Shown here in pieces: positions 18,679 to 28,736 of a stretch of DNA of 44,205 nucleotides. Below the pieces are notes generated by a model. That model saw nothing but the letters and a program-made list of their open reading frames with translations. It made no database searches and was not told the DNA's origin. Source of the stretch: Gammaproteobacteria bacterium (lineage in GTDB: Bacteria > Pseudomonadota > Gammaproteobacteria > JAABTG01); NCBI GenBank assembly GCA_030066245.1, contig JASJBY010000032.1:1-44205 (forward strand), in the 5' to 3' direction. The translations under genes and the position numbers were made by a program. Position 1 is the stretch's first letter. Each line of letters begins with the position of its first letter.

Positions 18679-20190
18679 TCAGGAGGCATTATGCAGCTCG
18701 ATCACGTCGTTGACCTCGGCCCGGCGACGAGTCTTGGCCTGGTCACTGCGGTTCTCTCCGAGCCGCCGAAGATAGCTGTGGCTGACGTCGCCCGTCACGT
18801 ACTCGCCGTTGAAGACTGACGCATCGAAACGCTCCAACATCCGATTGCCCTTACTCACGGCCGCCATCAGGTCGTCCAGATCCTGGTAGAGCAGCCGATC
18901 GGTGCCGATGGTCTCGGCAATCTCTGCCTCCGTCTTTCCGTGGGCGACCAGTTCGTCTGCAGCCGGCATGTCGATGCCGTACACGTTCGGATAGCGGACC
19001 GGCGGTGCGGCCGAAGCAAAGTAGACCTTTCGCGCCCCGGCATCACGGGCCATCTGGATGATCTGCCGTGACGTTGTTCCCCGCACGATGGAGTCGTCCA
19101 CAAGCAGCACGTTCTTGTCCTTGAACTCCAGATCGATTGCGTTCAGTTTCCGACGCACCGATGCCTTGCGTTCCTGTTGTCCTGGCATGATGAAGGTACG
19201 TCCGATGTAGCGGTTCTTGATGAAGCCTTCTCTATATTTCACACCCAGCTTGTAGGCCAGAGGCAGGGCCGCCGTGCGACTCGTGTCGGGGATGGGAATG
19301 ACCACGTCGATGTCATTGTCAGCCCACTCGCGGAGGATCTTGTCGGCCAGCTTCTCGCCCATGCGCAGCCGGGCTTTGTATACCGATACGTTGTCGATAA
19401 TTGAATCCGGCCTGGCCAGATAGACGAATTCAAAAAGACACGGCGAATAAACGGAGAACTCGGCGCATTGACGGGTATGCAAGGCACCCTGCATGTCGAT
19501 GTAGACCGCCTCACCCGGGAGCACATCCCTCACCAGCTCAAAGCCGAGCGCATCCAGGGCGACGCTTTCGGACGCTATCATGTATTCGGTTCCCGCCGGC
19601 GATTCGCGCCTTCCGAACACCAGCGGCCGGATACCCCAGGGGTCGCGGAAAGCGAGTATGCCATAGCCGATGATCAGCGCAACGGCCGCGTAGGCACCGC
19701 GGCAGCGGTGGTGCACGCCTTCCACTGCTTTGAAGATGTGCTGCTCATCAATCGTGAGCCGGCCCTGGGCCAGCAACTCGTGAGCCAGCACATTCAGAAG
19801 AATCTCGGAGTCCGAGTCCGTATTGATGTGGCGCAGGTCCTCTTGGAACAAATCCTTCTTCAGGTCTGCGGCGTTGGTCAGATTGCCGTTGTGCGCCAGG
19901 ATGATGCCAAACGGAGAGTTGACATAAAAGGGCTGGGCCTCGGCAGAGGTGGTGCAACCCGCCGTGGGATAACGAACGTGGCCGACACCCATGTGTCCCT
20001 TCAAGTTCACCATGTGCCGAGCTTGAAACACGTCTCGCACCAGACCGCTGTCCTTGCGCAGATGCAGCCTGTCGTTCTCGCAGGTCACGATGCCGGCAGC
20101 GTCCTGACCACGGTGCTGCAACACGGTGAGTGCATCGTAAATGGCTTGATTGACCGCGCCTCTGCCGACAATTCCAACAATCCCGCACAT
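18679..20190 (-). CDS. purF: Amidophosphoribosyltransferase
   Basis: ORF trimmed to [33 protein letters not shown] (ATG at 20190), which gives the obligatory N-terminal Cys nucleophile after Met removal. The 73 upstream codons are low-quality sequence. Confidence 0.95.
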   Translation of the reverse strand: MCGIVGIVGRGAVNQAIYDALTVLQHRGQDAAGIVTCENDRLHLRKDSGLVRDVFQARHMVNLKGHMGVGHVRYPTAGCTTSAEAQPFYVNSPFGIILAHNGNLTNAADLKKDLFQEDLRHINTDSDSEILLNVLAHELLAQGRLTIDEQHIFKAVEGVHHRCRGAYAAVALIIGYGILAFRDPWGIRPLVFGRRESPAGTEYMIASESVALDALGFELVRDVLPGEAVYIDMQGALHTRQCAEFSVYSPCLFEFVYLARPDSIIDNVSVYKARLRMGEKLADKILREWADNDIDVVIPIPDTSRTAALPLAYKLGVKYREGFIKNRYIGRTFIMPGQQERKASVRRKLNAIDLEFKDKNVLLVDDSIVRGTTSRQIIQMARDAGARKVYFASAAPPVRYPNVYGIDMPAADELVAHGKTEAEIAETIGTDRLLYQDLDDLMAAVSKGNRMLERFDASVFNGEYVTGDVSHSYLRRLGENRSDQAKTRRRAEVNDVIELHNAS

Positions 20191-20233
20191 GACAATCACC
20201 TCGACGATACAAGCACCTGGTCCACCAGACTGC

Positions 20234-20722
20234 TCAGTAACTGATCCGGGCTGCAATATCCGGGGGCAGGAAACCTCGTAGCCACAATGCCAATTCCTGG
20301 AAATGACGGATGAGATGGGACTCGGTCCACCAGATGTCCCGAGGCAGCGCCGTGAAGCCGGCAAGCAACACAAGTATAGCGACGATGACCGCGCCGCGGG
20401 CAACACCAAAGACGACTCCGAGGGCCCGGTCGGTACCCGACAGGCCGGTCTTGTCCACCAGCTGGCCTGCCAAGAAGTTCACCAGGCCCGTGAGAAGCAG
20501 CGTCAGGAAGAACAACACGAAAAAGGAAATGGCTAGCCGCGGGCCCGGCACCGATACGTAGTCCTCCAGGACAAAGGACAGGTCCCGCGTGAAGCTCAGA
20601 GCGAGCCAGAACGCCAGCACCCAGCCTGCCAGTGACAACGCTTCCCTGACAAAGCCCCGCATCACGCTGATGACCGCCGAGAGAGCGATAACAACGAGAA
20701 TCGCGTAGTCCACCAGCGTCAT
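20234..20722 (-). CDS. cvpA: Colicin V production protein CvpA (membrane protein)
   Basis: [31 protein letters not shown] matches the CvpA N-terminus. The gene sits directly upstream of purF. Confidence 0.9.
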   Translation of the reverse strand: MTLVDYAILVVIALSAVISVMRGFVREALSLAGWVLAFWLALSFTRDLSFVLEDYVSVPGPRLAISFFVLFFLTLLLTGLVNFLAGQLVDKTGLSGTDRALGVVFGVARGAVIVAILVLLAGFTALPRDIWWTESHLIRHFQELALWLRGFLPPDIAARISY

Positions 20723-20981
20723 GACAATGGCGCGGCCGACTCCTGCTTGCCGGGCGCGAGACTGTCAGGTCGCATCGTTCGCCCGACGGGGCCGCCGAAC
20801 CGCGCCCCGCCGCGACAAACAGCGAATGCAGCCCGTCTTGGTCAACAACTCGCTGGTCATCTCGTTCTATATGCCTTCATCGCCCACTCTGGCTTCGCCT
20901 GCGGCCGTTCGCAGATGCGTCCACCCTTAAGACGGCATCGGCACGTTGACCCGGAGCGCCGCGACGTACGCCGGAGCGGCG

Positions 20982-21010
20982 ATTCTACCAGACCGATCCG
21001 CGCATCTGAA
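20982..21010 (-). promoter_or_regulatory. Candidate sigma-70 promoter with extended -10 for cvpA-purF
   Basis: The minus strand reads TTCAGA-N17-TAGAAT with TG one base upstream of the -10 (TGGTAGAAT). It lies about 250 nt upstream of the cvpA start. Confidence 0.3.
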
Positions 21011-21314
21011 CACTTGCCCCGAGGACCGTCCAACGCTTCTCCCCAGTTGTCCGACCATTTTGGCTCGCGCGGTAGCGAGCCGCCCCGGGAGGCCCAACCC
21101 GTCTGGGGTCCCGACACCCCGCGCAGCGCATTGGTGTTCGGTTAGGGCCGTGCCGGCATGAGTGGCCGGGACCCTCGGTCGCAGGGATAGCGGCCGTCGA
21201 GCCTACAGGGAGGTATTCATGGCGTGTCCCGGCGGCTCGTGCCGGTACGGCCCCACCGCGAATGCTTCACCGATCACGGATGCCGCGCGGCATAGCTGGT
21301 GTGCCTTCGGCACC

Positions 21315-21342
21315 TAAAGCTAAGGCTCTCGGGGTCCGATAC
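21315..21342 (+). promoter_or_regulatory. Candidate sigma-28 (FliA) promoter for the stator operon
   Basis: TAAAGCTA-N12-TCCGATAC compared with the consensus TAAAGTTT-N11-GCCGATAA gives 6/8 and 6/8 matches. It lies about 95 nt upstream of the pomA start. Confidence 0.5.
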
Positions 21343-21435
21343 AGGGGCGGGGTGGCATCGACGGTGGCCAACCGATCCAGCACCCCAAGCCGACAGCATG
21401 TCTCGTGGAACCCGCCCGAACGGAGGAGTGTGATC

Positions 21436-22209
21436 GTGGACCTGGCCACCCTGCTGGGACTCATCAGCGGAATCGGTGTTATCGTCGGTGCCATCGCGGT
21501 CGGTGGCAGCCTGATGCTGTTCGTCAACCCACCCTCGGTCATCATCGTCCTGGGAGGCACTGTCGCCGCAACCTTGATCAAGTTTCCCCTCGGCACCTTT
21601 CTGAACGCATTCAAGGTTGCCATGCGTGCCTTCCGCTCCAAGGCCGACGACCCGAATGTGTTGATCAAAGAGGCGCTGGAGCTCTCACAGGTAGCCCGAA
21701 AGAGCGGTCTGCTGGCGCTCGAGAACCAGACCATCAGCAACCCTTTTCTGAAACAGGGCGTCCAGCTGGCGGTGGATGGCAACCCGCCCGAGTTCGTGCG
21801 CAAGACGCTTAACCAGGATATCGACCTGGCCATCGAACGCCACGAGACAGGCCAGCAGATATTCCGCGCGATTGGCGAGACAGCCCCCGCCATGGGCATG
21901 ATCGGCACCCTGATCGGCCTGGTTCAGATGCTCTCGAGCATGGACGACCCGAAGAGCATCGGGCCGGCCATGGCCGTCGCCCTGCTCACCACGCTCTACG
22001 GGGCCATCATCGCGAACGCCTTCGCCCTGCCCATCGCGGACAAGCTGACCTTACGCAGCAAGGAGGAGCGGCTCAACAAGTCACTGATTTTGGAAACTAT
22101 TTCGGCCATTCAGGAGGGATTGAACCCGCGGGTCATGGAAACTCTGCTAAAGACATACCTGCCCGACAGCAAGCGGACGATTCCGACCGCAAAGAAAAAG
22201 GCCGCATAG
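21436..22209 (+). CDS. pomA: Flagellar stator protein, MotA/PomA family (PomA-like)
   Basis: Start reassigned to the GTG at 21436, with GGAGGAG 7 nt upstream. VDLATLLGLISGIGVIVGAIAVGGSLMLFVNPPSVIIVLGG closely resembles the Vibrio PomA N-terminus. Total length is 257 aa. Confidence 0.9.
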   Translation: MDLATLLGLISGIGVIVGAIAVGGSLMLFVNPPSVIIVLGGTVAATLIKFPLGTFLNAFKVAMRAFRSKADDPNVLIKEALELSQVARKSGLLALENQTISNPFLKQGVQLAVDGNPPEFVRKTLNQDIDLAIERHETGQQIFRAIGETAPAMGMIGTLIGLVQMLSSMDDPKSIGPAMAVALLTTLYGAIIANAFALPIADKLTLRSKEERLNKSLILETISAIQEGLNPRVMETLLKTYLPDSKRTIPTAKKKAA

Positions 22210-22221
22210 CCCGGAACCCTT

Positions 22222-23058
22222 ATGAGCCGTGCCAAGGCCAAGGCAGCGACCGGCGCACCCGCTTGGGTGATGACCTTCGCCGATCTCATGTCGCTGCTCA
22301 TGTGCTTCTTCGTGCTGCTTCTGTCTTTCTCCGAGATGGACGTCCAGAAGTACAAGCAAGTCGCCGGCTCCCTCAGAGAGGCGTTTGGCGTGCAGCGCCT
22401 GGTCGAGTCGAAGATCATGCCCAAGGGCACCTCCATCATCGCCCAGGAATTCAGTCCCGGTCGGCCCACGCCAACGCCCATCAACGAGGTGCGACAGCAA
22501 ACCACCGACGAGACAAAGGAAAACCTGGACTTCAGTGATTCAGAGCACAAGGGCAAGGGGAGCGCCGAGCATGCCCAGGAGAGCAGCGAACAGGCTGGCC
22601 GGATTCTCGAAATGCTCAAGGAGGAAGTCGAACTCGGCCAACTGGACGTGGAGACAGCCCCGGGCAAGACCATCATCCGGATCCAGGAGAAAGGCAGCTT
22701 CGGGTCGGGCAGCGCGGTGCTGGAGAATCCTTTCGAACCGGTCATGGCAAAGATCAGCGATGTCATCACGCAGACCTCAGGACATATCGTCGTCGGTGGC
22801 CACACGGACGACATTCCCATAGCGACTCAACGATACCGTTCCAACTGGGAGCTATCTGCCGGGCGTGCCGTCACCGTGGTTCATCACCTGCTGCGCTACA
22901 ACGCGCTGGACGAGTCCCGTGTCCTGGTGCAGGGCCACGCCGATTCACGTCCGCTGGTGCCGAACGACAGCCGTGCGAATCGGGCGCGCAATCGTCGGGT
23001 GGAGATCACCATAGTCGAGAGCGAGGCCGAAACCGCGCCTGACGGCCTGTCGCATTAG
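22222..23058 (+). CDS. pomB: Flagellar stator protein, MotB/PomB family with OmpA-like peptidoglycan-binding domain
   Basis: TFADLMSLLMCFFVLLLSFSEMDVQKYKQVAGSLREAFGVQ and PKGTSIIAQEFSPGRPTPTPI are nearly identical in pattern to Vibrio PomB. The C-terminal segment GHTDDIPI...YRSNWELSAGRA...NRRVEI is the OmpA-like domain. Confidence 0.9.
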   Translation: MSRAKAKAATGAPAWVMTFADLMSLLMCFFVLLLSFSEMDVQKYKQVAGSLREAFGVQRLVESKIMPKGTSIIAQEFSPGRPTPTPINEVRQQTTDETKENLDFSDSEHKGKGSAEHAQESSEQAGRILEMLKEEVELGQLDVETAPGKTIIRIQEKGSFGSGSAVLENPFEPVMAKISDVITQTSGHIVVGGHTDDIPIATQRYRSNWELSAGRAVTVVHHLLRYNALDESRVLVQGHADSRPLVPNDSRANRARNRRVEITIVESEAETAPDGLSH

Positions 23059-23063
23059 TCTCG

Positions 23064-23705
23064 ATGGCAGCCGAGTATCAACCTGAGGTAAGTGGGGCCG
23101 AGCCAATCGGCCAGGGCTCAGACGATGCGGCGGAGCGTCGTCGCTATTTCCGGGTCGAAGACCGCATTATTCTGCAGCACCGGCCGCTGGCCGACGACGA
23201 GCGTGGGCCATTGGTGGAGGAACTGCGCGACCACAGCCAGAGCCGCCACTTGCTGGCAAGCTCTTTTGCCAGCACCAGCCAGCAGATGCAGGGGGTGCTG
23301 CGCAAGGTTCAGGAACGGGAACCGGATGTGGCTCTGTACCTGCAGGCCCTGAACGAGAAAATCGACCTCCTCGCGCGCCAGCTCGCGCTGGAAACCACCG
23401 AGCTATCGAAGCAACCGCCCCGCTGGGTGGACATCAGCGCCGCGGGCCTGTGTTTCGAGGCGCCAGACCCCATACAAATTGGCCAGCTTGTAGAGCTGAA
23501 GATGCTGCTGGCGCCCTCGTTCGACTATGTCAGAGCCATCGGCCGGGTTGTGCGCTGTGCCGAAGCAGACCGGGGGACCCTTTTTCGGGTTGCCGTCGAC
23601 TTCGACTATCTGCGCGACGACGACCGCGAGCTGTTGGTCCAACACGTCCTCAGAAAGCAGACCAGCGTGCTCCGCGAGCAGCGCGGCGACGCACCGGAGA
23701 CCTGA
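23064..23705 (+). CDS. PilZ domain protein with a long helical insertion between the two c-di-GMP motifs
   Basis: RRRYFR occupies aa 25-30 and DISAAG occupies aa 123-128. The start is 5 nt after the pomB stop, so the gene is probably co-transcribed. Confidence 0.75.
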   Translation: MAAEYQPEVSGAEPIGQGSDDAAERRRYFRVEDRIILQHRPLADDERGPLVEELRDHSQSRHLLASSFASTSQQMQGVLRKVQEREPDVALYLQALNEKIDLLARQLALETTELSKQPPRWVDISAAGLCFEAPDPIQIGQLVELKMLLAPSFDYVRAIGRVVRCAEADRGTLFRVAVDFDYLRDDDRELLVQHVLRKQTSVLREQRGDAPET

Positions 23706-23766
23706 GGAAGCCCACCGCGCGCTCGGCACGGGTGGCTGCCAGGGGCGCGAAAAGCATGACCCTTAA

Positions 23767-24342
23767 TCAGCCGGCAGGATATCGCACCACCAGGCCTTTC
23801 AGATCCGTCTCCTTCTGGAGTTGCCTGAGGGACTCGGCGGCCTTGGCGCGCAACAGTTCCGGACCGACGTATACGCGCTGCACGCGCCGCTGGTCGACAC
23901 GGACATCCTCGATGAAGGCAGGAAAACCCTTGGCGCGAAGTCGGTCACGCAAAGCCAGCGCATTAGCGGAATTCGAGAAGCTGCCGAGCTGCACAGCCCA
24001 GGCGCCGAGCGCCCGATCGGTAGAAGGCTTGACGGTACCATCGCTTGCCCTCTCCTTGGCTCCTCGGCTGGCGCTCGGCGGACTTCCTGCGCCGCGCTGC
24101 GCACTTGAGTTTACGGCCTGCTCGGACCCCAAAGCGGCGGGGTCAGCCATAGTCGTGATTTCGGCTTCACTGACCGGCACGAAATCGGTGCGGAAGACAT
24201 GCTCCGGTCGTGGGGGGACGGCGGCGCTGCGCCAATCCTCCATCGGTTCCGGCGGCTGGTCCAGTATCATGGGTGCGATGATGACCAGCAGAGAGACCAG
24301 CACCGCGGCACCGACCAGTCGCTGTTTCAATTTCTCGTCCAT
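23767..24342 (-). CDS. dedD: SPOR domain cell-division protein (DedD-like)
   Basis: ORF trimmed to MDEKLKQRLVGAAVLVSLLVIIAPMILD (TM anchor; ATG at 24342). The C-terminal segment WAVQLGSFSNSANALALRDRLRAKGFPAFIE is SPOR-like. The gene sits directly downstream of folC. Confidence 0.8.
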   Translation of the reverse strand: MDEKLKQRLVGAAVLVSLLVIIAPMILDQPPEPMEDWRSAAVPPRPEHVFRTDFVPVSEAEITTMADPAALGSEQAVNSSAQRGAGSPPSASRGAKERASDGTVKPSTDRALGAWAVQLGSFSNSANALALRDRLRAKGFPAFIEDVRVDQRRVQRVYVGPELLRAKAAESLRQLQKETDLKGLVVRYPAG

Positions 24343-24367
24343 GGTCAAGAGTTTCGAAGCTCGCCGG

Positions 24368-25630
24368 TCAAGATTCAAGCCGCAAGGCTTCAGCCACAGT
24401 AACAAACGATCCGAAAACGACGATACGGTCCCCCTGGCGACTGAGCGCCCTGAGCTGCTCATAGGCGCTCGACACGTTGGGCATCTGCTGCGGCGTGCCC
24501 CTGACGCCTGCCTCCACAAGTGCCTGCGCAAGCTGTGCGGCCGTGGCACCGCGCGGCCCGTCCAGGGTCGCAACGCCCCACTCGTCCACCACTGACGCCA
24601 GCTTTCCGGCGACACCGGTCATGTCTTTGTCGCGCATCATCGCCAGCAACGCCCGGGTCCGTCCGCCGCAGCGGCGTTGTCGGAGAAAGCTGGCAAGTCC
24701 CCCCGCTGCCTGCGGATTGTGTGCGACGTCCATTATGCGTTCCACAGCTCCGCTGAGAAGCTGGAGACGTCCCGGCAGACTCACTGCCGACAGACCCTGG
24801 CGCACAGCGTCATCCGAAACCGGTACGCGCTCGTTCGATGCTTCCAGTGCCATCAACACGGTAGCCGCGTTCTGCAGCTGATGCTGTCCTCGCAGGGCGG
24901 GCTCGGGCAATCCTTTGAAACAGCCCTTGACGCTCCCCCATCTCCAGCCTCTGTGGCTCAGGCTCCAGCTGTAGTCACGGCCGGCAAGATACAGGGTCGA
25001 ATCCAGCGTGCGAGCAGCTTCCAAAATGCTGTCGGGTACAAGGGGATCTCCACACACGGCAATCCCGCCCGGCCTGAATATCCCAGCCTTCTCCCTGCCG
25101 ATGTCCTCTCGATTGTCACCAAGCCAGTCAGCGTGATCCAGGGCGATGGTGCTCAGAATTGCCACGTCCGCATCAAAAAGGTTGGTGGCGTCCAGCCTGC
25201 CGCCAAGGCCCACCTCGAGAATTACCACATCACAGGCAGCCCGGTGGAAGACGTCCATGGCAGCCAGGGTACCGAACTCGAAGTAAGTCAGGCGCACGGC
25301 CCCACGCGCCTGCTCCACGCGCTCGAATGCCGCGCAAAGCGAATCATCCGAAACCTCACTGCCAGCGACACGGACGCGCTCGTTGTAGCGCCGCAGGTGC
25401 GGCGAGCTGTAGACGCCCGGCCGACGTCCCGAGGCCAACAGAATGCTCTCCAGAAGGGCGGCGCACGAGCCTTTGCCGTTGGTGCCGCCAACGGTGAAGA
25501 GAAAAAACGGCTGGGCGGGCCAACCCATGCGCCGCGCCACGGGTCGGCAGCGCTCCAGGCCCAGCTTGATCCCTGCGGGGTGCAGCGACTCCTGCCAGGC
25601 GAGCCATTGGTCCAGCGTCCGGTCACTCAT
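24368..25630 (-). CDS. folC: Bifunctional folylpolyglutamate synthase / dihydrofolate synthase
   Basis: LDQWLAWQESLHPAGIKLGLERCRPVARRMG, FTVGGTNGKGS (P-loop) and the overall 420-aa layout fit FolC. It lies between accD and dedD. Confidence 0.9.
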   Translation of the reverse strand: MSDRTLDQWLAWQESLHPAGIKLGLERCRPVARRMGWPAQPFFLFTVGGTNGKGSCAALLESILLASGRRPGVYSSPHLRRYNERVRVAGSEVSDDSLCAAFERVEQARGAVRLTYFEFGTLAAMDVFHRAACDVVILEVGLGGRLDATNLFDADVAILSTIALDHADWLGDNREDIGREKAGIFRPGGIAVCGDPLVPDSILEAARTLDSTLYLAGRDYSWSLSHRGWRWGSVKGCFKGLPEPALRGQHQLQNAATVLMALEASNERVPVSDDAVRQGLSAVSLPGRLQLLSGAVERIMDVAHNPQAAGGLASFLRQRRCGGRTRALLAMMRDKDMTGVAGKLASVVDEWGVATLDGPRGATAAQLAQALVEAGVRGTPQQMPNVSSAYEQLRALSRQGDRIVVFGSFVTVAEALRLES

Positions 25631-25728
25631 CGGCCTTGCGTCCTGGCTGGCAAAGCAAGCAGCCGTACACCACCCGGAATGGCTCCGCGGGCGTCGTTGT
25701 ACGGCAGAGCAGCGCGGACCCGGACGGT

Positions 25729-26622
25729 CTAATCCTGTTCCGCAGTCAGCAGGGGCGGCGAGATCGGCGAAGGTTGATGGGTCAGCAGCGCCAGGATCGA
25801 TGCGATCCTGTCGCGCATTTCGCGCCGGTCAAGAATCATGTCCACTGCGCCGTGCTCAAGGAGGAACTCACTGCGCTGGAATCCCTGAGGGAGGGTTTCG
25901 CGCACCGTCTGCTCGATGACCCGCGGACCTGCAAATCCTATCAGTGCCTGCGGCTCGGCGATGTTGACATCTCCCAGCATCGCGAGACTGGCCGACACTC
26001 CACCCATCGTCGGATCGGTCAGCACCGATACGAAGGGGATGCGCTGCTCCCGCAACCGTGCGAGCGCGGCGCTGGTCTTGGCCATCTGCAGCAGCGAGAA
26101 CAGCCCTTCCTGCATCCGCGCCCCACCACTGGCAGCAAAAGAGACCAGCGGTACGGAGCGGTCCATGCAGGTCTCCACCGCACGGACGAATCGCTCTCCC
26201 ACGACGGAGCCCATGGAGCCACCCAGGAAGCGGAACTCGAAGGCGACGCTGACCACTGCTATGCCCCTGACCTGGCCACGCACGGCTACCAGCGCGTCAT
26301 TCTCCGCAGTCGCCTTTTGAGCCTGCGCCAGGCGGTCCTTGTACTTCTTGCTGTCCCGAAACTTGAGCGTATCAACGGGGGCCAGCTCGGCGCCCACCTC
26401 TTCGCGTTGGTCGGGGTCGAGAAAAGTATCCAGACGGCGGCGTGCATCGAGCCGCATGTGATGACTGCATTTCGGACAAACTTCGAGATTGCGCTCAAGC
26501 TCCACGCGATAGAGCACGGCGCCGCAGCCAGGGCACTTGGTCCAGAGTCCTTCAGGCACGTTGCGTTTGCTGCCCCCCTCGGTGCGGATCCGCGTGGGCA
26601 GCAGCTTCTGGAACCAGCTCAT
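25729..26622 (-). CDS. accD: Acetyl-CoA carboxylase carboxyltransferase beta subunit
   Basis: Trimmed to MSWFQKLLP... at 26622. It has the zinc ribbon CPGCGAVLY...CPKCSHH and the carboxyltransferase core. Confidence 0.92.
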   Translation of the reverse strand: MSWFQKLLPTRIRTEGGSKRNVPEGLWTKCPGCGAVLYRVELERNLEVCPKCSHHMRLDARRRLDTFLDPDQREEVGAELAPVDTLKFRDSKKYKDRLAQAQKATAENDALVAVRGQVRGIAVVSVAFEFRFLGGSMGSVVGERFVRAVETCMDRSVPLVSFAASGGARMQEGLFSLLQMAKTSAALARLREQRIPFVSVLTDPTMGGVSASLAMLGDVNIAEPQALIGFAGPRVIEQTVRETLPQGFQRSEFLLEHGAVDMILDRREMRDRIASILALLTHQPSPISPPLLTAEQD

Positions 26623-26703
26623 ATAGGCGTTCGCTCGTTGTAAAGTGGGAAGTCCGGCCTGGAACCTGGCGTCAACCAACCCGCGCGGGCGCCAGGCCGT
26701 CCG

Positions 26704-27510
26704 TCATGCCGCATCCATGGCCTCACGCATATCGGCCAGCGTCGCCGCCAGCGTCTGTTCCATGCGTGCCGGCTCATCGACCAGCGTTTCGAGAAGTCTC
26801 ACCAGGGCACTACCGACGACAACCGCGTCGCTAACCGCGGCCACCCGGGCTGCAGTCTCCGCATCCTGGATCCCGAATCCAACTCCTATGGGCAGGTCGG
26901 TGCTGTTTCGAATCGCCTTCAGCTTGTCCTCGACGGCGGTCACATCCAACCGATTGCTGCCGGTGACTCCTTTCAGGGACACGTAGTAAACGAAGCCGCT
27001 GGCTGCCGAGCAGATCCGCTCGACCCGTTCTGGGGTGCTGGTCGGCGCCACCAGGAAAATGGGATCCAAGCCATGCTCTCTCAGGGCCGAAACAAACTCG
27101 TGGCTTTCTTCAGGCGGCAGATCCACGGTCAGCGCTCCATCCACGCCGGCCGATGCCGCGGTCTCCGCGAAACGGCCATAGCCCATTATCTCGAACGGGT
27201 TCAGATAACCCATCAACACCACAGGCGTCTTCTCGTCATGCTCCCGGAATTGCCTGACCATGTCCAAGGTCTGCTGGAGGGTCACGCCCTGCTTGAGGGC
27301 CCTTTCGCTGGCGCGCTGTATGACAGGGCCATCGGCCATGGGGTCGGAGAAAGGCACGCCAAGTTCCAGGATGTCGGCGCCGGCCCGGACCAGGGTGTGC
27401 ATCAGCGATACGGTCGCCGATGGCATTGGGTCGCCAGCGGTAATGAACGGGATCAGGGCTTTCCTGCCCTGGTGACGAAGTTGCGCGAAACGCGCTTGGA
27501 TGCGACTCAC
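26704..27510 (-). CDS. trpA: Tryptophan synthase alpha chain
   Basis: [22 protein letters not shown]...[17 protein letters not shown] matches TrpA. The GTG start overlaps the trpB stop (GTGA). Confidence 0.93.
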   Translation of the reverse strand: MSRIQARFAQLRHQGRKALIPFITAGDPMPSATVSLMHTLVRAGADILELGVPFSDPMADGPVIQRASERALKQGVTLQQTLDMVRQFREHDEKTPVVLMGYLNPFEIMGYGRFAETAASAGVDGALTVDLPPEESHEFVSALREHGLDPIFLVAPTSTPERVERICSAASGFVYYVSLKGVTGSNRLDVTAVEDKLKAIRNSTDLPIGVGFGIQDAETAARVAAVSDAVVVGSALVRLLETLVDEPARMEQTLAATLADMREAMDAA

Positions 27511-28736
27511 AGCGAGATGCCTTCAAGGGCGGCAACAGTCTGGATGTCCTTGTCTCCCCGCCCGGAGAGATTCACCACGATGGTTTGGTCGCGACCCATC
27601 GTTGGTGCCAGCTTGGCCGTGTAAGCCAGGGCATGACTGGATTCAAGCGCTGGAATAATACCCTCGATCTCGGTCAGATCATGGAATGCCCGCAACGCTT
27701 CGGTGTCTGTGGCAGCCACGTAATGAGCACGACCCGTATCCTTGAGCCAGGCGTGTTCCGGCCCCACGCCGGGGTAATCGAGACCAGCCGAAACCGAGTG
27801 CGTCTCGATGATCTGCCCATCCCGATCCTCCATGAGGTAAGTCCGGTTGCCGTGTAGAACGCCCGGCCTGCCCGCGCACAGGGGTGCAGCATGCCGTCCG
27901 GTCTCCAGGCCATCACCCGCTGCCTCGACGCCGTAGAAGGCTACTTGCCGATCCGCGATAAACGGATGGAAGAGCCCGATCGCATTGGAGCCACCGCCCA
28001 CGCAAGCCACCAGGGCGTCCGGCATACGCCCCGTCTGAGCCAGGCACTGTTCCCGGGTCTCTCTACCCACGACCGCCTGAAAGTCGCGAACCATGGCCGG
28101 ATAGGGATGGGGGCCAGCCACGGTACCGATAATGTAAAAGGTGCTGTCCACGTTGGTCACCCAGTCCCGCATTGCCTCGTTGAGAGCATCTTTCAGAGTC
28201 CTGGACCCCGACTCCACCGCCACCACGCTGGCGCCCAGTAGCTTCATGCGGAACACGTTAGGCGCTTGCCGTTCGATGTCCTCAGCGCCCATGAAGACAA
28301 CACACTCCAAGCCCATGCGCGCCGCGACAGTGGCCGTGGCGACGCCGTGCTGGCCAGCCCCCGTCTCGGCAATTATGCGGGTCTTGCCCATGCGCCGTGC
28401 GAGCAATGCTTGACCTACGGTGTTGTTTACCTTGTGTGCACCCGTGTGATTCAGATCCTCCCGTTTGAGGAACACGCGCGCACCCCCGAGCTTCTCCGTC
28501 AGGCGCTTTGCAAAGTAAAGCGGTGACGGTCTTCCCACATAGTCCCGAAGATCACTGTCGAGCTCGCGCAGAAACTCTGGGTCCTTCAGATAACGCGCAT
28601 ACGCCAGGCTAAGCTCATCCAGGGGCTCCATCAGCGTCTCGGCCACAAAGCGTCCGCCGTAAGTGCCGAAATGACCGCCAGCGTCCGGTAGCGGCGTTAT
28701 TGTCTGCGGCCTGATTGGCTCAACTTTCTGCGACAC
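27507..28736 (-). CDS. trpB: Tryptophan synthase beta chain
   Basis: [19 protein letters not shown] and [16 protein letters not shown] (PLP lysine) are present. Confidence 0.95.
   Translation of the reverse strand: MSQKVEPIRPQTITPLPDAGGHFGTYGGRFVAETLMEPLDELSLAYARYLKDPEFLRELDSDLRDYVGRPSPLYFAKRLTEKLGGARVFLKREDLNHTGAHKVNNTVGQALLARRMGKTRIIAETGAGQHGVATATVAARMGLECVVFMGAEDIERQAPNVFRMKLLGASVVAVESGSRTLKDALNEAMRDWVTNVDSTFYIIGTVAGPHPYPAMVRDFQAVVGRETREQCLAQTGRMPDALVACVGGGSNAIGLFHPFIADRQVAFYGVEAAGDGLETGRHAAPLCAGRPGVLHGNRTYLMEDRDGQIIETHSVSAGLDYPGVGPEHAWLKDTGRAHYVAATDTEALRAFHDLTEIEGIIPALESSHALAYTAKLAPTMGRDQTIVVNLSGRGDKDIQTVAALEGISL

Noticed and set aside
20191-20409. 73-codon N-terminal extension of the purF ORF
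   Set aside because: PurF requires Cys as the first residue after Met removal. The MCGIVG sequence at 20190 fixes the start.
21343-21435. Possible c-di-GMP (GEMM-I/II) riboswitch in the pomA leader, considered because of the PilZ linkage
   Set aside because: I could not find the conserved GEMM elements (tetraloop and receptor, the ACGCACAGGGCAAACC-like core). Only a generic long stem is present.
23450-26643. Long plus-strand ORFs 23450-24595, 24677-25732 and 25636-26643
   Set aside because: They overlap dedD, folC and accD on the opposite strand. All three minus-strand genes carry clear family signatures, and the plus-strand products are Arg-rich.
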